Shown here: positions 18,950-27,464 of the stretch, piece by piece | How the letters are laid out: each line of letters opens with the position of its first letter | Position numbering within the stretch: position 1 is the first letter of the stretch | NCBI GenBank assembly: GCA_033762295.1 | Contig: JANRLW010000007.1 | Coordinates: 1 to 37,128 of the forward strand | DNA: 37,128 bases | Reading direction: 5' to 3' | From: Capsulimonadales bacterium | GTDB taxonomy: Bacteria; Armatimonadota; Armatimonadia; Armatimonadales; Armatimonadaceae | The notes under the pieces: model-generated | What the model was told of the DNA's origin: nothing | What the model saw: only the letters and a program-made list of their open reading frames with translations | Database searches by the model: none | Position numbers and translations under genes: made by a program

Positions 18950-18968
18950 GCGGTACAATCAGGGCGAC

Positions 18969-19754
18969 ATGTCCGATGCCGCCCTGACCGTACACATCCT
19001 CCATACCAATGATTTCCACAGCCGCCTGACGGAGCAAGGCGTCGCTCGCCTCCGTCAGGCGATCGCAGACCTGAACGGCGCCCCGTATCTGCTGCTGGAC
19101 GCCGGAGACGCCGTTAAGGCGGGCAACATCGGCGTCAATCCGTTCGGCGAACCGATCCTGACGACAATGAGCGAACTCGGTTACCACGCCATGACGATGG
19201 GCAACCGCGAATTCCATGTCTGGCGCGCCGCCCTGTCCGCCAAAATCAACCGCGCCCGTTTTCCGGTCCTCTGCGCCAACGTTTACGCGAAATCCCCCGA
19301 AGCGACCGGCGACGGTCTGCCCGTTCGATCGCACGTCCTCCTCCCCGTCGGCGGTCTGACGATCGGTATCTTCGGTCTGACCGTCCCGATGGTGACGCCG
19401 AAAATGCGGGCGGCCGCCCTTTCCCAGTTCCTGTTCGATGACCCGATCGCCGCCGCGAAACGGCAGGTGCTGGAACTTCGATACAAAGCGGACCTCCTGA
19501 TCGCGTTGACCCATATCGGCCTGACGCAGGATCGCCGTCTGGCGGAATCCGTCTCCGGAATCGACCTCATTATCGGCGGCCATTCCCACCATTCCCTGAC
19601 CGCGCCGGAAGTCGTTTCGGAAACACCGATCGTCCAGACCGGCGCTCATGCCCATTCCTTCGGTCACTGCCGGATGGAATTCCGCCGCTCGGGTATCCGG
19701 ACCGAGTACGCACTGTCGGCGTTGCAGGAAAAAGGCGCGCAAAAGCGAAAGTAA
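18969..19754 (+). CDS. Calcineurin-like metallophosphoesterase (5'-nucleotidase N-terminal domain only)
   Basis: HTNDFH, DAGD, GNREF, LTHIG, GGHSH; TACAAT 9 nt upstream of ATG 18969. Confidence 0.9.
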   Translation: MSDAALTVHILHTNDFHSRLTEQGVARLRQAIADLNGAPYLLLDAGDAVKAGNIGVNPFGEPILTTMSELGYHAMTMGNREFHVWRAALSAKINRARFPVLCANVYAKSPEATGDGLPVRSHVLLPVGGLTIGIFGLTVPMVTPKMRAAALSQFLFDDPIAAAKRQVLELRYKADLLIALTHIGLTQDRRLAESVSGIDLIIGGHSHHSLTAPEVVSETPIVQTGAHAHSFGHCRMEFRRSGIRTEYALSALQEKGAQKRK

Positions 19755-19761
19755 ACGACCG

Positions 19762-20691
19762 ATGAACGATGGCTCCTTCTGCGCGGTCTGTGGTGAAACC
19801 GCCACCACTCACTGGCGAACCGCCCCGGATAATCTCGTGGGCGGCAATCGCACCTTTACGGCGGTTCGCTGCGTCCGATGCGGATTGGTTCGGCTCTCCC
19901 CGCGCCCGGACGCGGATACGATGGGGCGGGCCTACGCGGCCTCGACCTATGCGCGTGCCGAAGGCGACGATCGAACCGTCGAACTCGGGAAGCGCCTCGA
20001 CCGCTTTTTCGAGAAACAGGCGGACCGTGCGGTCACTGCCTACGGATCGCGTCCTCCGGGACGCCTCCTCGATGTCGGGTGCGGCGACGGACGGTTCCTC
20101 GACGCGATGCAGCAGCGCGGCTGGAGGGTGGAGGGCCTGGAGACAGACCCGGTAGCCGCCGGCCTGGCCCGGCGCCGGACCGAAAGCGTCATCCATGAAG
20201 CCTATCTTGAAGACGCCTCGATACCGGCGGCCGGATTCGAAATGGTCTCGCTGCTGCATGTGCTGGAACATGTTCCCGATCCCCGCGAAACGCTGACCGC
20301 CGCGTTCCGCGCCCTGAAACCGGACGGCATGCTTCTTCTGGCCCTTCCCAATGTCGCGAGCGTGGAGGCGGAACTCTTCGGAGTCGTCTGGTACCCGTTG
20401 GACCTGCCGCGTCACTACTGGGGATTCACCCCGCATACTCTCGTACGCCTGGCCGAAGAGTGCGGCGGGACGGTCACCGGACTGCGCTACTTTCCCTTCC
20501 TTTTCGCGCCGCAAAGCGTTCGGTACATTCTTCGCGGAGCCGGAACCGGCAGCGGTCTGAACGCCGGCGCACGCACCGAGGCGGGCGGACTGCGTACCTG
20601 GCTCTTCGATACCCTCCTTCGGTCCGCCGAATCCGTCGGCGGGAAGATGCCCGGGGAAGTGATGGAACTGACCGCCCTGCGGGCACGGTAG
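19762..20691 (+). CDS. Class I SAM-dependent methyltransferase with N-terminal Zn ribbon
   Basis: CAVC..CVRCGL; LLDVGCGDG; HVLEHVPDP; LPRH. Confidence 0.9.
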   Translation: MNDGSFCAVCGETATTHWRTAPDNLVGGNRTFTAVRCVRCGLVRLSPRPDADTMGRAYAASTYARAEGDDRTVELGKRLDRFFEKQADRAVTAYGSRPPGRLLDVGCGDGRFLDAMQQRGWRVEGLETDPVAAGLARRRTESVIHEAYLEDASIPAAGFEMVSLLHVLEHVPDPRETLTAAFRALKPDGMLLLALPNVASVEAELFGVVWYPLDLPRHYWGFTPHTLVRLAEECGGTVTGLRYFPFLFAPQSVRYILRGAGTGSGLNAGARTEAGGLRTWLFDTLLRSAESVGGKMPGEVMELTALRAR

Positions 20692-20700
20692 TACGTTCGT

Positions 20701-22686
20701 ATGCTTTCCTCCCTCCTTGCCGTCGGTCTGCTGCTCCTGCTGATCGGTCTGACCTTCGGACTGGGCCAGACGATCGTTCGACGCTTCGCCGCGGACGCGC
20801 CGTTCGCCGAACGGCTCGTTTTCGCCGTCCCGATCGGCATCGGGATTGTCGGGTTTGTCGTCTGGTTCTGCGGCCTGATCGGTTTCCTTTCGCCGATCCT
20901 GTTCTACGGGTTGCTCGGACTCGGACTTCCCGGAATCGGCCTCCTCCTCTGGGACGCTCTGAAATCCCGTTCGGAAACGCGTCCGGACCGTGGTCCGCTG
21001 AACCATGCCGCGACCGTCCTACTGGGGCTTTTTTCGCTCTGCACCCTGGTCGGCGCCCTCGCCCCCCCGTCCATTCTCGAATGGGACGCCCTTTCCTACC
21101 ATCTGGCCAACCCGAAGACCTGGCTCGGCCACGGCCGCATCGATTTCCTGCCCTGGGACCACCATTCCAACTTTCCGTTCCTGGTACAGATGCACTACCT
21201 GCTCATGCTGGGCGTGGGTAGCATCGCCGGGGCGAAGCTGGTGCACTGGCTCTGCTACCTGTGGCTGTTCCTGTCGGTCCGGACCTTCGCGCGCCGTCAT
21301 TTCACCGCCGACGGTCAGGGCGCGATCCTGGGCGATGTCGCCGCGCTCCTTCTGGCGTCGGTTCCGATCGTGGTATGGGAAGCCTCGGTCGCCTACGTCG
21401 ACCTGGCGACCGCGCTCTTCACCTGGCTAGCCCTGTACGCGCTGATCAACGCCGTTTCCGTCCCCAAAAACGGCCCGGCGACGTCCGTCTCCTGGCTTCT
21501 CATTTCCGCCGTGTTGATGGGCTTCGCCCTCGGCACCAAATACACCGTCCTCGGATTCTGGGGCATTTTGCTGGTCGGCATCCTCGGCTGGCACGTGGTC
21601 GTGCATCGAACCTGGGCGAAGGAAACCCTGCCGCATGCGGCCCTCTGGGGTGGAATTTCTCTTCTGATCGGCCTTCCCTGGTATATCAAGAACTGGATTG
21701 TCGCCGGGAATCCGGTCTATCCGTTCGCTTACGGTCTGTTCGGCGGGAGGTACTGGTCCGACGAGAACGCCACCGCCTACACGGCGGAACAGGCGCGTTT
21801 CGGGTACGGCAAAACCCCCCTCGACCTCCTGCTGTCGCCCTGGCAGGTGAGCCAGGAACTCCTCTTTCTTCCCTCCTATTACGCCACCACCGGACGTCGG
21901 TTCATCTTTACCGAATACATCGTCTACGGCTTCGGGCTGTCGCCCGTGTTCGTCGGTCTGCTTCTGACTTTGCCGTTTCTGGGCCGACGCCTCTCCCGTC
22001 CGTCCCTTTACTGCCTGCTTTTCGGGGGCGGGGTATATCTTTTCTGGTTCCTGATCATGCAGCAGACGCGCTACCTGATCCCCGCCCTGCCCGCCTTCGC
22101 GCTGGTAATCGCCGAAGCGGTCGTCCTTCTCCTGACGGGAACGAAATCGTTCGTGCGCTTTCTCGGGGCCGGGCTGGCCGGGCTTTCGGTATTCTGGGGA
22201 CTTTTTCTCGCGGCCGGAATCGCCGCTTTCGGCGTCAACGGCGTACGAATCCTACCGAATGAGCCGGTACCGCGCCTGGCACCTGCGCTTCCGGTCGTCC
22301 TCGGGGCGGTCGACCGAAGGGAGTACGTCGAACGAACCCTCCCCGGTATCGGCGCGGCGTCGTTCTGGATCAACGAGAACACGGAGCCGCAGGAAAAGGT
22401 GGCGATGTTCGACGAAACCCGTGGGTTCTGGCTTGACCGCGAATATGTCTGGGCACAGCCGGACCACGCCGCCGGTCTTCTCCCCTGGGAGGAATATCGC
22501 GACGTCGACGACTGGCTGGCCGACTTCAAAAAACGCGGCTACACGGTTCTTCTGCTCGGATTATCGCCCGAGCTATTCCCGGAAGACGGTCGACGCTGGC
22601 GGTCGCTGATGGCCGAAGCGATCGCTTCCGGAAAATTGACCCCCGTCTTTGCGAAAGGCACGTACCGTGTCTATCACATTCCCTGA
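20701..22686 (+). CDS. Polytopic GT-C fold glycosyltransferase (GT39/ArnT-like)
   Basis: Many TM helices; WDALSYHL, AYVDLA, GTKY, PWYIKNWIVAGNPVYPF, RYLIP. Confidence 0.8.
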   Translation: MLSSLLAVGLLLLLIGLTFGLGQTIVRRFAADAPFAERLVFAVPIGIGIVGFVVWFCGLIGFLSPILFYGLLGLGLPGIGLLLWDALKSRSETRPDRGPLNHAATVLLGLFSLCTLVGALAPPSILEWDALSYHLANPKTWLGHGRIDFLPWDHHSNFPFLVQMHYLLMLGVGSIAGAKLVHWLCYLWLFLSVRTFARRHFTADGQGAILGDVAALLLASVPIVVWEASVAYVDLATALFTWLALYALINAVSVPKNGPATSVSWLLISAVLMGFALGTKYTVLGFWGILLVGILGWHVVVHRTWAKETLPHAALWGGISLLIGLPWYIKNWIVAGNPVYPFAYGLFGGRYWSDENATAYTAEQARFGYGKTPLDLLLSPWQVSQELLFLPSYYATTGRRFIFTEYIVYGFGLSPVFVGLLLTLPFLGRRLSRPSLYCLLFGGGVYLFWFLIMQQTRYLIPALPAFALVIAEAVVLLLTGTKSFVRFLGAGLAGLSVFWGLFLAAGIAAFGVNGVRILPNEPVPRLAPALPVVLGAVDRREYVERTLPGIGAASFWINENTEPQEKVAMFDETRGFWLDREYVWAQPDHAAGLLPWEEYRDVDDWLADFKKRGYTVLLLGLSPELFPEDGRRWRSLMAEAIASGKLTPVFAKGTYRVYHIP

Positions 22687-22713
22687 AGCAATCCGAAAAG
22701 CAGGTACGAGGCC

Positions 22714-23991
22714 ATGACCGCAACCAAAGACAACAGAACGACCGCTCTGCTGATCGGCATTACGGTCGTGGCCGTGGCGCTGGCGGTGATGTTCGCCTGG
22801 CGTGTGCCGTTTGACGCTCGATCGGGCTGGAATCCCGATGAAACGTCGCACCTGGATTACCTGCGCCTGCTCTGGGAGAACAAGGCTCCGGTTCGGTTCA
22901 CGGCGGGCGACCCCGCCTACTTCGAAACGCATCAACCGCCGCTGTACTACCTGTTCGCCCTTATTCCCTACGTGCTGACCGGGGGGAATGTCTTCGCCGT
23001 CCGCCTGGCGGCCGTTCCGATACAGGTGGCCACCATCCTTCTGGCGTTCCGGGCGGGGCGTGACCTCTTCCCCTCCCGTCCGGAAGTCGGCCTCGGCGCG
23101 GCGGCCTTCGTCGCCTTCCTTCCGACCCAGGCCCAGTTGTCGGGAGCCATCAACAACGACGGACTGACGACCCTGATTTCCGTGGCGATTCTGTGGCGAC
23201 TGGGTCTTCTCGTCCGGGGGACGGCGACCGATCTCCGTTCGTCGCTCCTGGTCGGCGTTCTGTTCGGCCTGGGATTGTATACGAAACTGACCGTGATCCA
23301 GTTGATTCCGGCGATGGCGGTCGCCTGTCTGCTCGCTCCGACCGGCGACCTCTCGCGAAAGGTCCGGCAGGGGGCGGTCTTCCTGGCGGTTGCGATCGGC
23401 GTCGGCATCCTGATTGCCGCCCCGTGGCTGATCCGCAATACGCTCCTTTACGGCGATCCGCTGAACATCAAAATTTTCCCGCTGACCGCCGGGGAGAACA
23501 CGCCGACCCCGACCATGATGATGCCGCTGTTCGAAGCCCTGGGAATGGGCGGTTCCTGGACCGACTACTGGCGGATCAACGCGGTGCGAACGTTCTACAC
23601 CTTTTTCGCCATCATGCCCCCCACCGGGTCGCAGGCATTGACACCGCCGATCCTCGGTCTGGTTGCCGTGATTCTTCTGTCGCTGGGCGGTCTGGTGGGC
23701 GCGTTCCGGGCGGAAAAGGAAGGCGGTGTCCCGCCGGACGAACGCCGCAACCTGCTCCTGATGCTGGTCTGTCTGCTCTTTATCGTCCCGTTCTTCGTTC
23801 GGTTCAACCTGCAGTTTTTCCAGGCGCAGGGCCGCTATTTCTACCCGGCGCTCCTTCCGGTCGCGCTGATCTGTGTTACGGGGTGGCGAAATGTTCTGGG
23901 AGAACGTCGGGGATGGCTCGGGGCGTTGCTGCCGGGTGCGGTACTTCTGGTGATGTGCCTTCTGCAGTGGCTGCGTTTCGGAACCGCATGA
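22714..23991 (+). CDS. Polytopic GT-C fold glycosyltransferase (GT39/DUF2142-like)
   Basis: PDETSH, HQPPLYY, INNDGL, TK, PWLIRN..YGDP, QGRYFYP. Confidence 0.8.
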   Translation: MTATKDNRTTALLIGITVVAVALAVMFAWRVPFDARSGWNPDETSHLDYLRLLWENKAPVRFTAGDPAYFETHQPPLYYLFALIPYVLTGGNVFAVRLAAVPIQVATILLAFRAGRDLFPSRPEVGLGAAAFVAFLPTQAQLSGAINNDGLTTLISVAILWRLGLLVRGTATDLRSSLLVGVLFGLGLYTKLTVIQLIPAMAVACLLAPTGDLSRKVRQGAVFLAVAIGVGILIAAPWLIRNTLLYGDPLNIKIFPLTAGENTPTPTMMMPLFEALGMGGSWTDYWRINAVRTFYTFFAIMPPTGSQALTPPILGLVAVILLSLGGLVGAFRAEKEGGVPPDERRNLLLMLVCLLFIVPFFVRFNLQFFQAQGRYFYPALLPVALICVTGWRNVLGERRGWLGALLPGAVLLVMCLLQWLRFGTA

Positions 23992-23995
23992 CCCC

Positions 23996-24079
23996 AAAAA
24001 CAACAAAAGCGACACACCTTCAAGAGGTTGCCGCCCATTCTCACGTCACCTAATTATTTCGCCTTTTCATCGGCGGTAC
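23996..24079 (-). ncRNA. Candidate small RNA, copy B
   Basis: Minus strand TGGTATTAT (24094-24086), 7 nt, TACCGCCG, terminator GCGGCAACCT..AGGTGTGTCGC-TTTTGTTGTTTTT; stands alone between convergent genes. Confidence 0.55.
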
Positions 24080-24297
24080 GCATTTATAATACCATAATTT
24101 CGGGGGTATTTCCACCCCTCCGTCAAAAGACGACGAAGCCGCAAAAACAACCGGAACGGAAACCAAACCCCGGAGAACGGCCGTAAATCGGATTATTTCC
24201 GCGCTGAACCATTGGAAATGGTAATCCTTCGTCTCAAATTCATCTCATTTTATGGAGCCGGAAGAAATTCCCGGACGACGCGGATACCGCTCGCGAA

Positions 24298-24325
24298 TCC
24301 GGCCCCGGAGAGTTCCGGGGCCGGA
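24298..24325 (-). terminator. Hairpin terminator after sugar isomerase
   Basis: TCCGGCCCCGGA-gagt-TCCGGGGCCGGA perfect 12-bp stem 5 nt past the stop; short U tract. Confidence 0.65.
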
Positions 24326-24330
24326 CCACA

Positions 24331-25200
24331 TTACGCGCTGCGCAGGAAGTTCAACGAGTGCAGAAGACCCGACTTCTCGCCCTCCGCGGAACCGTTGAAG
24401 TTACCGTCCTCCAGTTCGACGCTGACAATGCCGGAAAACGCGCCGGCGGCCAGAATCTTGAAAATCTCCGTCCAGCGGGCGACGCCGTGGCCGGGAATCG
24501 TGTACCGCCAGACGTGCTCGCCGTAACCGAACGGCGACTCGAAGGCGCTGTTCTGATACAGGCCCAATTCGTACGCCTTCTCGGGGAAGAGTTCCGTGTC
24601 CTTGCCGTGGACATGGCGGACATGCGGCAAAAATTCGTTCAGGAAACGGATATGGTCGATCCCCATACGGATCAGGTGTGACGGATCGTAATTGATCGCC
24701 ACCGACGGCAGGCCGATATCCTTGATCACCGATCGGTAGGTCTCCGGATTACACGCAAGATGCGGCAGACTGCCGCCGCCCGGCCAACCCTCGATCACGA
24801 TATAGGCGTCGACGCTGTTCGCCGCCTCCGCTACCGGAGCGAAACCCTCCAGGGCGATCCGATAGTTCTCGGCCCGCGATCGGCTGGCGTCGCCCGGCAG
24901 GATGGTGAAGAAAAGTTTTGCGCCGAGATCCGCTTTCTCCTTGATATAGGCTGCGGCCTTCTCGCCCGCCTCCTTACGTTTAACCGGCTCGCTGTCCGTC
25001 CACCCGCCCGGAAAATCGACCGTTCCCAGCTTCAGACCGTGCGCCTTCAGTACGTCAATGTCCTCCGCCGACGGTTGTCCCAGGTCGAGCGCCTCGAATC
25101 CGTTCTCGGACGCCCACTTCGCCGCCGCCGCGGTGTCCCGCTGCCACTCGGACCAACCCTTACGAAAACCGATGGCAAAATTGCCCGTTCGCGTCGCCAT
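24331..25200 (-). CDS. Sugar phosphate isomerase/epimerase (AP endonuclease 2 TIM barrel)
   Basis: IVIEGWP, NYDPSH, HVHGKD, PGHG, SVELED; GGAGG SD before ATG 25200. Confidence 0.88.
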   Translation of the reverse strand: MATRTGNFAIGFRKGWSEWQRDTAAAAKWASENGFEALDLGQPSAEDIDVLKAHGLKLGTVDFPGGWTDSEPVKRKEAGEKAAAYIKEKADLGAKLFFTILPGDASRSRAENYRIALEGFAPVAEAANSVDAYIVIEGWPGGGSLPHLACNPETYRSVIKDIGLPSVAINYDPSHLIRMGIDHIRFLNEFLPHVRHVHGKDTELFPEKAYELGLYQNSAFESPFGYGEHVWRYTIPGHGVARWTEIFKILAAGAFSGIVSVELEDGNFNGSAEGEKSGLLHSLNFLRSA

Positions 25201-25299
25201 ATCCACCTCCGAAATCGAAACGATTCGGCATTCCCTTCGGAAACCCCTTTAAGGGTACGACGGCGATCGGCGTTTTCCATGCTCGATTCGAAAGGTTTT

Positions 25300-26067
25300 T
25301 CAGGGGTCGCGCAGTTGAATGGTCCAGTCGACGATGTCCAGGGTGGGATCATCGACGGTCGGCCCCAACCGGTCGCGCACGTCATTCGCAATCTCCTGCG
25401 GACCGCCGGAGACCTGCTGACTGTTCGTGATGATCCGGTTCTGGCGGGTATCGAGAGTCAGGTAGTTGATCAACGAACCGGTCTGCGTTCCGTCTCCCAG
25501 CGCATCCCAGCGATGCTCGGCGGTCGGCGGGTCGGCGGGCAGGGGTAGCGTGTCCGTCGCCAGCAGGTTGATCTGGAGGAATCGCTTGTCGGCGTTGGGA
25601 AGACGTCCCAGGTCCAGCTGGAAGGAGATGGTCGAATCACCGGGCTGGGGTGTCTGCGATCGATCGGGCGGTCCGATCGGTGTAAAACTGCGCAGTGTCA
25701 CCGGATTCACGAGTTCCCCGCCGACCTGGGAGGTATACACCCCGAGTCCGCCCAGACCCTCGTCCCGACTGTAGCGGACGAACCCGACAAAGCCCTGCTC
25801 TCCATCCCGCGAGGGGGCGGCAAACCCGTTGCCCCACGGCGGCCCGACGACCGGGGCGGGGCCGGCATCGCCGATATTGTCCGTCAGGTTCAGGAGAACA
25901 TAATAAAAGTTGCCGGAGGGCAGACGGTTCACCTCCAGTTGGCCGCGAACCGTCATCGTGACTACCAGAATCTTGTTGACCGAGGACGCGCGATTCGCCG
26001 GAACCCGAGCGCAGCCGACGACGAGTCCGAACAGCAGGATCGCCGGAGCGATTCGGAAAAGCCTCAT
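25300..26067 (-). CDS. Hypothetical lipoprotein
   Basis: Signal peptide with lipobox LVVG-C; co-oriented with fucosidase, 6-nt gap. Confidence 0.75.
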   Translation of the reverse strand: MRLFRIAPAILLFGLVVGCARVPANRASSVNKILVVTMTVRGQLEVNRLPSGNFYYVLLNLTDNIGDAGPAPVVGPPWGNGFAAPSRDGEQGFVGFVRYSRDEGLGGLGVYTSQVGGELVNPVTLRSFTPIGPPDRSQTPQPGDSTISFQLDLGRLPNADKRFLQINLLATDTLPLPADPPTAEHRWDALGDGTQTGSLINYLTLDTRQNRIITNSQQVSGGPQEIANDVRDRLGPTVDDPTLDIVDWTIQLRDP

Positions 26068-26073
26068 ACCGTA

Positions 26074-27414
26074 TTAGTTCGTCGTGACCGCCCCACCTTC
26101 ACCACGAAACAGATCGAGCGGTCCTTCCAGTTCGACGCGCAGCACCGTCGCGTTCCGATCGAGCGCCGACGGAGGGAGATCGATCCAGAGAACGCCCGGA
26201 ATTCCGGCCCACGACGCGCCGCCGATCGTCCGGAAGCCAAGGGACTGACGGGACCCGACCACGGAAACGCTGCGAACCGCGTTGCGGATTCCCTTCACCG
26301 ACAGAGAGTTCCGCTGCTCGGCGGGCCGGTCGAAAAAGAAGAGGTACAGGACATCACCGGATGGGTTCAGAGTCGTCGGACCGTTGAAATGGCCGTGCGG
26401 GAGACCGGCGCGAGTCCCGTAGATCGCCTCCGCATGGCGCTTCATCCACTGCCCCAACCCCTCGAGACGCTCGATCTGTTCGGCCGGAATCGTGCCGTCC
26501 GCCATCGGTCCGATTCCGAGCAGTACGTTCCCTCCCATCCCGATACACTCGGCGAAGAGACGAACGATCTGCCGCAACGATTTGTAGTTCCGATCCTTTC
26601 CCTGGTACCCCCAGGAATCGTTCATCGTAACACAGAACTCCCACGGGCCGCGCGGCGAGACGATCGGCACTCCCTGCTCGGGCGTCGCATAATCCCCCGA
26701 CTTTCCGATCCGTGAGTTGACGACCACACCGGGACACCACAGATCGATATCATCGCGGAGAGTCTCGAAATCCCACCAGTTCGGTCCGGGCGTCCAGTCT
26801 CCGTCGAACCAGAGCAAATCGGGCGCGTAGTTATGGCACAGTTCGCGAATCTGACCGCGATGGAACTCGATAAAGTTCCGCCAGGACGGGTGATACGGCC
26901 CCTCGGTCCAGCGGAAAAAGACCTTTCCATCCTCCATCGCCGCCGCGGTACAACCGGGCGAAACGGGCGAGTAGTCGGGATGCGACCAGTCCAGGTGGGA
27001 GAAATAGAGTCCGACCTTCAGATTTTTCCAGCGCGAAGCCGCGCAGAACTCGGCCACGAGGTCGCGCGCCGCGGGCGTCTTCCGAACGACCGAAAGATCC
27101 GACAGCGCGGTTTCGAACAGAGCGACGCCGTCATGATGCTTGGCCGTCAGCACCACGTAACGCGCGCCCGCTCGTTCGAACAGTTCCGCCCAGGCATAGG
27201 GATCGAATTTTTCCGCCGTGAAGCCGGATAACTGCGCCATATACTCGTCATAGGGGATATGGCCGTTGAAGAAACTCCACGATTCCGACACCCCGTTCAC
27301 GGAATAGATACCCCAGTGGATGAAGATCCCTAATTTGGCGTCCAGGAACCATTCAAGATCGCTCCCTTCCTCCGGCATGCCTGCCATCGGATCGAAACCT
27401 GTTGTCAGACCCAT
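26074..27414 (-). CDS. Alpha-L-fucosidase (GH29)
   Basis: WFLDAKLGIFIHWGIYS, LTAKHHDG, LWFDG, SWGY; no signal peptide; start could be 27414, 27387 or 27378. Confidence 0.93.
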   Translation of the reverse strand: MGLTTGFDPMAGMPEEGSDLEWFLDAKLGIFIHWGIYSVNGVSESWSFFNGHIPYDEYMAQLSGFTAEKFDPYAWAELFERAGARYVVLTAKHHDGVALFETALSDLSVVRKTPAARDLVAEFCAASRWKNLKVGLYFSHLDWSHPDYSPVSPGCTAAAMEDGKVFFRWTEGPYHPSWRNFIEFHRGQIRELCHNYAPDLLWFDGDWTPGPNWWDFETLRDDIDLWCPGVVVNSRIGKSGDYATPEQGVPIVSPRGPWEFCVTMNDSWGYQGKDRNYKSLRQIVRLFAECIGMGGNVLLGIGPMADGTIPAEQIERLEGLGQWMKRHAEAIYGTRAGLPHGHFNGPTTLNPSGDVLYLFFFDRPAEQRNSLSVKGIRNAVRSVSVVGSRQSLGFRTIGGASWAGIPGVLWIDLPPSALDRNATVLRVELEGPLDLFRGEGGAVTTN

Positions 27415-27464
27415 TTTCCTTGTACTCCGATACCCGACTCCGCCGTTTGGCGGATACGAATTCC

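Noticed and set aside
24212..24526. 104-aa plus-strand ORF in the AT-rich gap
   Set aside because: Overlaps the isomerase 3' end antisense and crosses its terminator; no SD or motif
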